Of a stretch of DNA of 64,000 nucleotides, positions 29,523 to 38,888 are shown in pieces. Below the pieces are notes generated by a model. That model was not told the DNA's origin. It made no database searches and worked only from the letters and a program-made list of their open reading frames with translations. The stretch is from Prevotella sp. (GTDB taxonomy: Bacteria > Bacteroidota > Bacteroidia > Bacteroidales > Dysgonomonadaceae), in contig JAITVV010000093.1 in NCBI GenBank assembly GCA_031285625.1, positions 96,001 through 160,000 of the forward strand. The letters are read 5' to 3'. The stretch's first letter is position 1; each line of letters starts with the position of its first letter. The position numbers and the translations under genes are program-made.

Positions 29523-31415
29523 ATGAAATTTTTACGATTATTTCTTCCATTTCTATTTTTTATACTTTTAGCTTGCAGTGATGATTCCACTCCAAACATC
29601 ACTATACCGGAACCTGGAACAGTACCTGCACAATTACGTGATGGTATAAATATCATTAGTGATGATTCACTTGGTTTCGTACTATTTGCACCTAAGAAAG
29701 AAACAGTACATCTTATTGGTGATTTTAACAACTGGCAGGTCTCAGACTCATATAAGATGAAAAAAGACGGGGATCGTTTCTGGATAAAAATTGGAAATTT
29801 GGAAAAAGGAAAAGAATATGTTTGTCAATACTTAATAGATAATTCTATAAAAATAGCAGATCCCTATGCCTCAAAAATAGCAGATCCGTGGAATGATAAA
29901 GATATATCAAGCACAATATATCCCAGCTTAATATCCTATCCTACAGGCAAAACAACCGAAATAGCAATGGTTGTAAATACAGCGCCAGCATCATATTCAT
30001 GGAAAGTAGCAAACTTTAAAATAGACAAACCTGAAAGTATGGTTATTTATGAAATACTCATCCGTGACTTTACAACTGATGGAAGCATAAAGGCCGTTCA
30101 GGGGAAACTTAATAGTCTAAAGCAATTGGGTATAAACGCCATAGAGTTAATGCCTTTTAATGAGTTTGAGGCAAATAACAGCTGGGGATATAATCCCTCA
30201 TTCTATTTTGCAACAGATAAAGCTTATGGCACATCCAATGATTATAAAGCTTTTATTGATGCATGCCACTCAAACGGTATCGCTGTAATTATGGATATGG
30301 TACTGAATCATAGTTATGGACAGAGTCCTATGGTAAGAATGTATCAGGATGCAAACAACAGTCCTACAGCCGATAATCCATGGTATAATCAAAAATCGAA
30401 CTTCGCAAACCCAGATGCACAGTGGGGGTATGACTTTAATCATGAAAGTAAATACACCCAGGCATTTGTGGATAGCGTTTGCGCATATTGGATGAAGGAA
30501 TATAAAGTAGACGGATTCCGTTTCGATTTCACAAAAGGTTTTTCTAATACATCATATCCGGCATCCGGTGCTGGTAGCTGGGGAGAACCATACGATGCCG
30601 CACGTATAAAAAATCTGAAACGCATCTATAATGAAATAAAGAGAAGAAATCCTGATGCCGTATTAATCTGTGAACATCTCTCTGATAACGAAGAAGAGAA
30701 AGAACTGGCCGAATACGGAATTATGCTATGGGGCAAAATGACTGAAAACTATAACGAAGCCACTATGGGATGGGGAGCCGAAGCCGGAGATTATGGACCA
30801 AAAGGAGATGTTTCGTGGACTTCATATAAAGAAAGAGGCTGGTCAAAACCCAATTTAGTAGCCTATATGGAAAGTCATGATGAAGAGAGAATTATGTTTA
30901 AGAATCAGAAATGGGGTAAAACATATGGTAACTACAATGTTACCGATCTGAAAACAGGACTTAAACGTACTGAAGCTGCTGCAGTCATACTGATGTCGTT
31001 TCCCGGACCTAAAATGATATGGCAATTCGGTGAAGTAGGATATGACGAAGAACTCAATAATGATCGTTTGGGTAAGAAACCGCCTCATTGGGAATATTAC
31101 GATGTGACGGAAAGAAAAGCTCTCTATGATGTATTTTCAAAAATGAATACACTCCGCAATTCGAACGCAGCATTTTCTACCAGCGATTATCTTGCAGATG
31201 TTAGGAATCAGTTTAAGCAAATACTTCTGAAGTCATCAGGTGGATATGTATGTGCTATTGCTAATTTTGATGTAGTGGAATTAGCGCAAGAAGTCAACTT
31301 CGGAAAAACAGGCCAGTGGGAAGATTATTTTTCCAGCAATAAATTAAATCTCACTGGTACCACACAGAATATCAAATTACAACCGGGTGAATACCGGCTA
31401 TATATAAGTAAATAA
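29523..31415 (+). CDS. GH13 alpha-amylase/pullulanase-like lipoprotein with CBM48-like domain
   Basis: Lipobox LLAC-SDD; WGYNP, DMVLNH, DGFRFDFTK, CEH, SHDE. Confidence 0.92.
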   Translation: MKFLRLFLPFLFFILLACSDDSTPNITIPEPGTVPAQLRDGINIISDDSLGFVLFAPKKETVHLIGDFNNWQVSDSYKMKKDGDRFWIKIGNLEKGKEYVCQYLIDNSIKIADPYASKIADPWNDKDISSTIYPSLISYPTGKTTEIAMVVNTAPASYSWKVANFKIDKPESMVIYEILIRDFTTDGSIKAVQGKLNSLKQLGINAIELMPFNEFEANNSWGYNPSFYFATDKAYGTSNDYKAFIDACHSNGIAVIMDMVLNHSYGQSPMVRMYQDANNSPTADNPWYNQKSNFANPDAQWGYDFNHESKYTQAFVDSVCAYWMKEYKVDGFRFDFTKGFSNTSYPASGAGSWGEPYDAARIKNLKRIYNEIKRRNPDAVLICEHLSDNEEEKELAEYGIMLWGKMTENYNEATMGWGAEAGDYGPKGDVSWTSYKERGWSKPNLVAYMESHDEERIMFKNQKWGKTYGNYNVTDLKTGLKRTEAAAVILMSFPGPKMIWQFGEVGYDEELNNDRLGKKPPHWEYYDVTERKALYDVFSKMNTLRNSNAAFSTSDYLADVRNQFKQILLKSSGGYVCAIANFDVVELAQEVNFGKTGQWEDYFSSNKLNLTGTTQNIKLQPGEYRLYISK

Positions 31416-31445
31416 GAAGTCAAAATGGTTAATTCCATTTTAAAT

Positions 31446-31476
31446 AAAGCTGGTTGTCGGGATGACAATCAGCTTT
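31446..31476 (+). terminator. intrinsic terminator
   Basis: AAAGCTGGTTGTC-GGGAT-GACAATCAGCTTT. Confidence 0.75.
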
Positions 31477-31580
31477 GTGTATTTCTAAGCCTGTATGGAC
31501 TAGATTTAGCTTAATTTTTAATACTAACTTTAAACTCCCGCCTAAATTTGATATATTTGTCAAAAATAAATTGAAAGGAT

Positions 31581-33734
31581 ATGAAAAATATTTTAGGATT
31601 ATTGTTTGCCATGCTATTCTTTGCTACAGCCAGTGCGCAACGATTAGATTTAATGGATATTAATTCGGGAAAATACTATGCACGGGGCGTTCAGCCGGTA
31701 GTATCATCTGCTGATGGTGAATCTTATTTTCAGGCAGACAATAATTACACAATGATTATTAAATACTCATATAGCACAGGCTTACCTACCGACACGATAT
31801 TCGATGTGAAAAAGGCCAGGGAATCTACTATCAGTTCATTTCAGGGATTCGTCATTAGTCCTGATGAGAAAAGATTATTGGTATTTAATGATCATGAACC
31901 TATCTATCGACATTCATATAAAGCGAACTATTATTATTACGATGTTCGCCGCAATCTGATACGCAAATTAACTCAAAATAAAGAAAAACAGTCCATTCCT
32001 ACTTTTTCCCGCGATGGGCGGATGCTGGCATATGTATCGAATAATAATATCTGGCTAGCCAAATTCGATTATGATACAGAATCGCAAGTAACAAGAGATG
32101 GGGAATTGGGTAAAATAATAAATGGTGGAACCGATTGGGTATATGAAGAAGAATTCGCGACAACAAGCCTCATGGACTTCTCTGAAGATGGGCGACTCTT
32201 AGCCTTTGTTCGTTTTGATGAGACAAACGTTCCCGAATACTCAATGCAGATGTATGCGAATAATCTTTATCCTTCTTCATTTTCTTTTAAATATCCTAAA
32301 GCCGGAGAGCAAAATTCGATAGTAACATGCAACGTATTTGATATAGATGCTAAAACTATCAGGAAAATGAATATTCCTGCAAACACAGAATATATACCGC
32401 GTATCCAGTTTCTTCCTAAAGGGGATGATCTGGCTATAATGGCTTTGAACAGGGAACAAAATAAGTTTGACCTATATCTGGCTAACGGAAGATCGTCTGT
32501 GAGCCGCTCTATATTACATGAGGAAAACAATCGTTATATAGATTCCGAACTGTTTGATTATATCAAATTCTTTGATAATCAATTCACCTATGTTAGTGAA
32601 AAAGATGGTTATACTCATATTTATCTGTACGATAATACAGGTGTTATGCAGAAACAACTAACCTCCGGTAATTATGATGTAACCAGTCTTCTTGCCGTTG
32701 ATCCTATTTCAAAAACAGTATTTTATGAAGCGGCAGAAGAAAGCCCTCTACAACGTGCTATCTATAAAGTAGACATGGTAAAAGGCATAAAGACAAAACT
32801 GTCGGCAAAGCAGGGCACTAATAATGCTACATTCAGCAATAACGGCAAATATTATATCAATAATTTTAGTAATATATCCACACCGAGAATAGTTACAGTA
32901 CATGACGCATCAGGTAAAGAATTACGGGTATTAGAAGATAATGCAAGACTGAAAAATTCATTAACTGGACTAAATCTTCCTACAAAAGAATTTATCACAG
33001 TAAAATCTGCTGATGGACGCGACCTGAATGCCTACATAATGAAACCGGCTAATTTTAACCCATCTCAGAAATACCCATTGGTAATGGTGCAATATAGCGG
33101 GCCTAATTCACAGGAAGTAAAAGATAGCTATAGCATTGACTGGACTGATTATCTGACAACACAGGGTTTTATTGTAGCTAGTGTGGATGGACGTGGAACG
33201 GGTGCCAGAGGCGAAGATTTCCGTAAATGTACTTATATGAACTTAGGTATATATGAGTCGGATGATCAGGCAGCTGCCGCCCGACATTTTGCCTCTCTTC
33301 CATATATCGACGGCAGTAAAATTGCTATTTGGGGATGGAGCTACGGGGGATATAATGTACTTATGAGTATGAGCCGTGGCAATGGCGTATTTAAGGCCGG
33401 AGTGGCTATAGCACCCGTTACAGACTGGAAATTCTATGACACAGTATACGCTGAACGTTTTATGCGCACGCCGCAGCAGAATGCTGCCGGATATCAGGCG
33501 GGGTCCCCTATCCTACTTGCAAATAAACTTCAAGGTAGTTTATTGCTGATTCATGGCTCTGCAGATGATAATGTCCATTTTCAGAATACAATGGATTATG
33601 CAGCTGCCTTGGTTAAGGCTAATAAGCAATTCGATATGTTCGTTTTCACAGACAAAGATCATTCTATAAGAGGAGCTGCCAACCGTACTTATCTTTATGA
33701 AAAGGTTATAAAATTCTTGAAAACAAATATGTAA
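31581..33734 (+). CDS. dpp4: dipeptidyl peptidase IV (S9B)
   Basis: DWVYEEE, GWSYGG, DDNVH, DKDH; signal peptide. Confidence 0.93.
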   Translation: MKNILGLLFAMLFFATASAQRLDLMDINSGKYYARGVQPVVSSADGESYFQADNNYTMIIKYSYSTGLPTDTIFDVKKARESTISSFQGFVISPDEKRLLVFNDHEPIYRHSYKANYYYYDVRRNLIRKLTQNKEKQSIPTFSRDGRMLAYVSNNNIWLAKFDYDTESQVTRDGELGKIINGGTDWVYEEEFATTSLMDFSEDGRLLAFVRFDETNVPEYSMQMYANNLYPSSFSFKYPKAGEQNSIVTCNVFDIDAKTIRKMNIPANTEYIPRIQFLPKGDDLAIMALNREQNKFDLYLANGRSSVSRSILHEENNRYIDSELFDYIKFFDNQFTYVSEKDGYTHIYLYDNTGVMQKQLTSGNYDVTSLLAVDPISKTVFYEAAEESPLQRAIYKVDMVKGIKTKLSAKQGTNNATFSNNGKYYINNFSNISTPRIVTVHDASGKELRVLEDNARLKNSLTGLNLPTKEFITVKSADGRDLNAYIMKPANFNPSQKYPLVMVQYSGPNSQEVKDSYSIDWTDYLTTQGFIVASVDGRGTGARGEDFRKCTYMNLGIYESDDQAAAARHFASLPYIDGSKIAIWGWSYGGYNVLMSMSRGNGVFKAGVAIAPVTDWKFYDTVYAERFMRTPQQNAAGYQAGSPILLANKLQGSLLLIHGSADDNVHFQNTMDYAAALVKANKQFDMFVFTDKDHSIRGAANRTYLYEKVIKFLKTNM

Positions 33735-33752
33735 GGATATAATTTTCTAAAT

Positions 33753-33789
33753 AAAAAAACAGGCTATTCGTTAATAGCCTGTTTTTTTT
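33753..33789. terminator. bidirectional intrinsic terminator
   Basis: A7-CAGGCTATT-CGTT-AATAGCCTG-T8. Confidence 0.9.
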
Positions 33790-33958
33790 ATTTCTTTTTC
33801 TTTGTAGACTTTGGTTTTGAAGCAAAATCTTCCAATTCCTTTTCAGTCATGCCATTTGCAACTTTCTTTATCTCATCACTGGCATTTTTATTTTCTCCTC
33901 TCTTATACGAGAGAGCCGCCCCCATCAATCGTCTTTGTTTCTCACTTTTAGCTGGCAT
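33788..33958 (-). CDS. DUF3008-like small basic protein, 56 aa (not in ORF track)
   Basis: Manual translation MPAKSEKQRRLMGAALSYKRGENKNASDEIKKVANGMTEKELEDFASKPKSTKKKK shows the MPAKS..Q...GAAL..KRG...MTEKELEDFA pattern. Confidence 0.85.
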   Translation of the reverse strand: MPAKSEKQRRLMGAALSYKRGENKNASDEIKKVANGMTEKELEDFASKPKSTKKKK

Positions 33959-33973
33959 ATACCCATATTTTAG

Positions 33974-34126
33974 TTAATCTTCTTCGTATTCATTGATTTT
34001 CTCTCCCGACTCAAGATGCATATCTTTAAATGGTTCGGATTTCAATTGGTTATCTATCTTTTGTTGTGCTTCAGATTTTTCTGCTTGAGATGCCTGTTGA
34101 TTTGTTTTGATTTCCTTGTCTTCCAT
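33974..34126 (-). CDS. small acidic hydrophilic protein, 50 aa (not in ORF track)
   Basis: MEDKEIKTNQQASQAEKSEAQQKIDNQLKSEPFKDMHLESGEKINEYEED; AT-rich leader; ends 15 nt before the DUF3008-like ATG. Confidence 0.7.
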   Translation of the reverse strand: MEDKEIKTNQQASQAEKSEAQQKIDNQLKSEPFKDMHLESGEKINEYEED

Positions 34127-34163
34127 AATTTCTTATTTTAATAAACACTATAAACTACTTTTT

Positions 34164-34192
34164 TAGAACAAGCTGATAACCAAAAGAGTTTA
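34164..34192 (-). promoter_or_regulatory. putative alternative-sigma promoter, copy 3
   Basis: Minus strand TAAAC-N16-TTGTTCTA, 37 nt upstream of the 50-aa ORF. Confidence 0.55.
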
Positions 34193-34240
34193 CATTATCC
34201 ATGGGAGAATATATTAAAATAATTAAACGAATTATAATAC

Positions 34241-34276
34241 AAAAAGGATGGTGAAAATACTATCACCATCCTTTTT
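34241..34276 (-). terminator. intrinsic terminator
   Basis: AAAAAGGATGGTGA-N8-TCACCATCCTTTTT downstream of the GNAT gene. Confidence 0.85.
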
Positions 34277-34299
34277 CATTTACTTATTTCTTATAGAAG

Positions 34300-35442
34300 T
34301 TATTTTATACTTTTAATATAAGCTCTACGCATCTTATGATTCTCAGCACTAAAACCATCCCAGAGGGATGCTACCTTATTGTTCATTTCCAGTTCAGGAT
34401 TTGATTCGGCGAACTGAAATCCACACTTGTATGCAGATGGTATAAAATCATTGAAGATGATTGCATTTACACCTTTTCCTTGATATTCAGGAGAGATTCC
34501 AATTAACATCAGATCTACAACCGGATTTTTCTTACTCTTCAGATCTTTCAGAAGATGTCTCCATCCAAACGGGAACAATTTGCCGCGTGATTTTATAAGC
34601 CCGTCTGAAAGGCTTGGCATTCCAATACCGAATCCGACCACTTCATCTGTATCTACTTTTATTATAATCGATACCAAGTCCCAACGGAGCAAGGGTACAT
34701 ACATTTTTACATAATAGTCTATTTGCCTTTGTGTTAACGGTGCAAATCCATATAAAGGTTTGTAAGCATCATTTAATAGTTCAAATAACTTATTTACATA
34801 TGGAGTTATTTGTTTCAAATTTTTAAATTTAAGAACTTTCAATCCATATCGTTGCATCACCATATTAGCTATTCGCTGATGTCTTTCAGGAACAGAATCC
34901 GGCACAGGAATACGATATTCGTTCCAGTCGGCATCTTTTACAAAGCCTAATCGTTCTATCTGCTCCCGGTAATATGGATAACTATATGTTGTAGACATAG
35001 TAGATACTTTATCATATCCTTTGATTAGCAATCCTTCATGATCCAGATCAGTAAAACCCATCGGCCCTATAATAGAATCCATGCCTTTATTCTTCATCCA
35101 GTTTTCTGCAGCAGCAAACAAAGTATCCACAACTTCGTTATCATCTATGAAATCAACAAAACCAAAACGGCCTTGTTTTTTATTCCATATTTTATTTGCT
35201 TCATGATTTATAATAGCTGCTATCCTACCCACTATTTTTCCATCTCTGTATGCCAGAAATAATTGGTTTTCGCAAAAATCAAATGCCGGATTTTTCTTTT
35301 GGTTAAGAGTTTCCAGCTCATCCATTACTAGCGAGGGAACATAATAAGGAGAATCTTTATATAGGACATCTATAGGGAATTTAACGAATGCTTTTTTCAA
35401 AGCTTTATCATCCTCCTTTACTTCCTTGATTATTATAGACAT
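34300..35442 (-). CDS. GNAT-fold acyltransferase (YghO-like; candidate bacterial ceramide synthase)
   Basis: KNPAF, VGRIAAIIN, RFGFVDF, GPMGF and acyl-CoA motif PEYQGKGV. Confidence 0.75.
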   Translation of the reverse strand: MSIIIKEVKEDDKALKKAFVKFPIDVLYKDSPYYVPSLVMDELETLNQKKNPAFDFCENQLFLAYRDGKIVGRIAAIINHEANKIWNKKQGRFGFVDFIDDNEVVDTLFAAAENWMKNKGMDSIIGPMGFTDLDHEGLLIKGYDKVSTMSTTYSYPYYREQIERLGFVKDADWNEYRIPVPDSVPERHQRIANMVMQRYGLKVLKFKNLKQITPYVNKLFELLNDAYKPLYGFAPLTQRQIDYYVKMYVPLLRWDLVSIIIKVDTDEVVGFGIGMPSLSDGLIKSRGKLFPFGWRHLLKDLKSKKNPVVDLMLIGISPEYQGKGVNAIIFNDFIPSAYKCGFQFAESNPELEMNNKVASLWDGFSAENHKMRRAYIKSIK

Positions 35443-35469
35443 ATTTTTATGTACTAAATAAATTACAAC

Positions 35470-35565
35470 TAAGGTCTCAGACCTATTTATTACTTTGGTA
35501 AGCAGAACAACAATAAGTTGTTATGATTCTAAAATATATCATTAAATACTTACTGCTACTTATTA
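35470..35565. repeat. bipartite dispersed intergenic element, copy A
   Basis: TAAGGTCTCAG-N4-ATTTATT ... ATACTTACTGCTACTTATTA; recurs at 58039-58099. Confidence 0.65.
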
Positions 35566-35636
35566 ACGTCGCAAAGATAGTATTTTTATTTATTAGATAT
35601 TATTTGCGATAATAACCATATCAAGATTTGATATAG

Positions 35637-36200
35637 TTATTTCCAAATTAATTCATTTTCAGAAACGATGAAATCCATTTTTACATCATTCGGATCGGTT
35701 GGAATAGTATCGAAAAGCTGAAAATCAAAACATATGCCCATTTTAGGAGCAGATATTTTAGGCAAGAATCGATCATAAAATCCTTTTCCCCTCCCCATCC
35801 GGTTCATTTTCCGGTCGAAAGCTACCCCGGGTACAATTATTAAATCGATTTTATTATATTCTGTAAAATCTTCACCAACAGGCTCCATTATACCGTATGA
35901 AGACTGCTGAAAACTTGTTGAGAAGTCACAAGCTCTGAATACAATTTCATCTCCGGTTACTACAGGCAAATAAAAATTCTTCTCACTACCCCATTTATGG
36001 ATAAAGTCATATGTTTGCACTTCATCCTCCAGGCTATTATATATAAATATTGCCTTAGCTTGCTGAAAGGCACCTGTTATCTCCAAAACAGACAATACTT
36101 CTTCCGAACGGTTATATAAATCGTCTGAAGTATAATTTTTTTTACGTAAAGAGATTTCTTTTCTTAGCTTTTCTTTTTCCTGATATATATTTTTCGCCAT
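35637..36200 (-). CDS. ygfA: 5-formyltetrahydrofolate cyclo-ligase
   Basis: KEKLRK, YGIMEP, DLIIVPGVAFD, RMGRGKGFYDR. Confidence 0.93.
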   Translation of the reverse strand: MAKNIYQEKEKLRKEISLRKKNYTSDDLYNRSEEVLSVLEITGAFQQAKAIFIYNSLEDEVQTYDFIHKWGSEKNFYLPVVTGDEIVFRACDFSTSFQQSSYGIMEPVGEDFTEYNKIDLIIVPGVAFDRKMNRMGRGKGFYDRFLPKISAPKMGICFDFQLFDTIPTDPNDVKMDFIVSENELIWK

Positions 36201-36315
36201 TTATTCTGTTTAATGAAGGTCGCAGACTTACTACTTTTATATCTGTCACAATAGTATCGAACAAAAATACATTTCTTTAATTATAATATCAAAATATCTT
36301 TTCTTTAAAAAATGA

Positions 36316-36345
36316 AAGGGATAAGATTTTGTATTCTTATCCCTT
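36316..36345 (-). terminator. terminator hairpin after CtpA
   Basis: AAGGGATAAGA...TCTTATCCCTT inverted repeat. Confidence 0.7.
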
Positions 36346-36359
36346 ATTTTGAAATTATA

Positions 36360-38084
36360 TTATTTGTAACGTCCATTCTTTATTGCGTCAGGACTTGCCT
36401 TATCAGCTTTTAATAGCTTTATAGCCTCCTTTATCATTGTTTCATCCCTCTGATACAATTCGTAGAAAGCATCTTCGCCAAATATGTTACGAATAATAAA
36501 TGCTTCAAGTTGATTTTGTAATAGTTTTCTCGATTCTTCAATCAAGTATGGCTGACGGCGAATTCCTTTTATATAGGCATATTCCACCAGATTATCTACT
36601 AAAGGCTGTATAGAAAGAAATTTAGCAGCCTCGCGCCATGATTTATAGCCTGTCAATTTTTCTCTGTATTTTTCAGTAAATACGTAGCTATATTCCCTTA
36701 ATAAGCCTTTATTGGCAACCCTTATATAATAAGAGTTTACACCAGCCGTGTCGCGAGGTATAAATACATCAGCCAATATACCATCATCTCCATATACAGG
36801 TCTTCCCGATAGGGTATGGAATAAAGGTAAGTTATCTAATTTGATACTATCCCTATTGTCAAATTCACCCCTGTTAAACCGGTTGTATATATCCATATTA
36901 TAATTCTGACGGTCGCCTCTCTCGTAAGCTTTTTGAATGCATCTGCCCGAAGGTGTGTGATAACGGGCAATAGTAAGACGAAGCGCAGAACCGTCATTGA
37001 ATTTATACTGTGTTTGTACTAACCCTTTGCCAAATGAGCGGCGTCCTACAATTAGTCCTCTGTCATTATCCTGTATAGCTCCTGCAAAAATCTCACTGGC
37101 TGAAGCACTGCCTTCATCCATCAGTACCACTATCTGACTGGTCTTACATGTTCCCGAATTGTCAGCATAATAATTTTCTCTCGGGTAAGCCCGTCCTTCA
37201 GTATATACAATCAGGTTTCCACTCGAAAGGAATTCATTGACCATCATAATAGCAGCCTCCATATAACCACCGGTATTCTGTTGGAGGTCAATAATAAACG
37301 ACTCGCAATTTTGACTTTTAAGCTTAGCTATAGCCGTTATAAACTCATTATATGTCGGACTACCGAATTTGCTAACTTTGATATATCCAATCTTATCGTC
37401 TACCATATAAGAAGCATCAACGCTTCTTACCGGAACATCTGCACGTGTAACAAGAAATGGAATAATCTCCGCCTTGCCGGGTCTTCTCACTCCTAGTTTT
37501 ATCTGAGTGCCTTTTGGACCTTTCAGTGTACTGTACACTGTATTTTCATTTATCTGTTTTCCAGAGAACAATGTATCATTTACATAAATAACCCTGTCGC
37601 CGGGCATTATACCAACAGCTTCGGAAGAGCCTCCCGGTATAGCATTCACGATAGTAAGCGTATCGTTCAGTATCAGGAATTCGACTCCGATACCGCTAAA
37701 ATGCCCTTCTAACTCATCTCCTTTCCGGGACATAGTCTCGGCTGAAATGTAGTCTGAATGCGGATCTAATCCTGCTAAGATAGAAGGTATAGCATTTTCA
37801 ACCAGATCATTTACATTGACAGTATCTACATAAGCCTTATTAATGTATTCAAATACTGTTTCCAGTTTATTATTTCCTTTGCTAAACCAATGAGCCCCGG
37901 AACCGAATATAGAGAACGCATTCCCTATAAAGATACCAATAGCTATGCTGATAGCAATACATAAAGGTAACCAGATAAATATTCCTTTATTCGTTTTTTT
38001 GGGTGTAGCAGTATACCTGTTCGGATTAGAAGGATATTCTGCTGTTCTTTCCTCGTCCTTGTTTAATTCTTTTTCACCTTCCAT
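36360..38084 (-). CDS. S41A C-terminal processing protease with PDZ domain
   Basis: LDPHS, FSGIG, DLQQNTGG, SASASE, SFGKGLVQ. Confidence 0.93.
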   Translation of the reverse strand: MEGEKELNKDEERTAEYPSNPNRYTATPKKTNKGIFIWLPLCIAISIAIGIFIGNAFSIFGSGAHWFSKGNNKLETVFEYINKAYVDTVNVNDLVENAIPSILAGLDPHSDYISAETMSRKGDELEGHFSGIGVEFLILNDTLTIVNAIPGGSSEAVGIMPGDRVIYVNDTLFSGKQINENTVYSTLKGPKGTQIKLGVRRPGKAEIIPFLVTRADVPVRSVDASYMVDDKIGYIKVSKFGSPTYNEFITAIAKLKSQNCESFIIDLQQNTGGYMEAAIMMVNEFLSSGNLIVYTEGRAYPRENYYADNSGTCKTSQIVVLMDEGSASASEIFAGAIQDNDRGLIVGRRSFGKGLVQTQYKFNDGSALRLTIARYHTPSGRCIQKAYERGDRQNYNMDIYNRFNRGEFDNRDSIKLDNLPLFHTLSGRPVYGDDGILADVFIPRDTAGVNSYYIRVANKGLLREYSYVFTEKYREKLTGYKSWREAAKFLSIQPLVDNLVEYAYIKGIRRQPYLIEESRKLLQNQLEAFIIRNIFGEDAFYELYQRDETMIKEAIKLLKADKASPDAIKNGRYK

Positions 38085-38535
38085 TTACTTCTTCTGATTC
38101 CTCTGTATTTGTTTCTATATCAATATATACGACTTCTACGCCTGCCCGTTCGAGCAAAGAAGCACCATCTGTACGTCTGTATTTCTGATTATAAACAACC
38201 CGTTTGATTCCTGCCTGAATAATCAGCTTAGCACACTCTATACATGGGGAAGTAGTTACATACATTGTTGCACCCAGACTACTGTTATGCGAACAAGCTA
38301 CCTTCGTAATTGCGTTTGCTTCGGCATGTAAAACATAGGGTTTTGTCTCATTGTTTTCATCTTCACATACGTTTTCAAATCCTGAGGGGGTACCATTATA
38401 ACCATCAGATATTATCATTTTATCCTTAACAATGAGTGCACCTACTTTTCTGCGTTTACAATATGAATTTTCTGCCCAAATAGCAGCCATCCTCATATAA
38501 CGCTCATCGAGCAACCTTTGTTTGTTTTCGCTCAT
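38074..38535 (-). CDS. dCMP deaminase (ComEB family)
   Basis: GYNG, HAEANA, PCIEC. Start MSENKQ at 38535 preferred because TATCTTTG lies at 38562-38569 on the minus strand. Confidence 0.92.
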   Translation of the reverse strand: MSENKQRLLDERYMRMAAIWAENSYCKRRKVGALIVKDKMIISDGYNGTPSGFENVCEDENNETKPYVLHAEANAITKVACSHNSSLGATMYVTTSPCIECAKLIIQAGIKRVVYNQKYRRTDGASLLERAGVEVVYIDIETNTEESEEVNGR

Positions 38536-38686
38536 GAAATTGTGTTCTAAAATTTTGAACACAAAGATAATGAAAAGTTCACGAATCAAACTATTTAGCT
38601 TAGAGCAAACTCCTGAAAAGTTTTCAAAATTTATCTATTATATGATAGTTGTAAAATATTATTACCAAAGATGACTGAAATATAAA

Positions 38687-38735
38687 AAAGTAACACTTGA
38701 AATATATGATAAAAGTGTCACTTTTGTCACTTTTT
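38687..38735 (-). repeat. dispersed hairpin element, copy 1
   Basis: Minus strand AAAAAGTGACAAAAGTGACACTTTTATCATATATTTCAAGTGTTACTTT; homologous to 46377-46426. Confidence 0.6.
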
Positions 38736-38888
38736 AACCAAATATAGTTAATGAATGTAAAATAAAATTCATGTGGAAATTCTCAGATTCACAGAGCTAA
38801 TTTCCCAAATATTGGGTAACAGTAGGAGATACGGAAATATTCATGTAAATTTGCAGGTGATTAATATAACACAAGTTTTAGAGTAAAA

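Noticed and set aside
35470-35565. yybP-ykoY or TPP riboswitch (AGTAGC...GAGACC; CTGAGA on the minus strand)
   Set aside because: Required flanking helices are missing, and the second copy is in the opposite orientation to its downstream gene.
36201-36359. 6S RNA upstream of ygfA
   Set aside because: After the terminator and -7 element only ~60 nt of leader remain, too short for 6S, and no long rod structure is evident.
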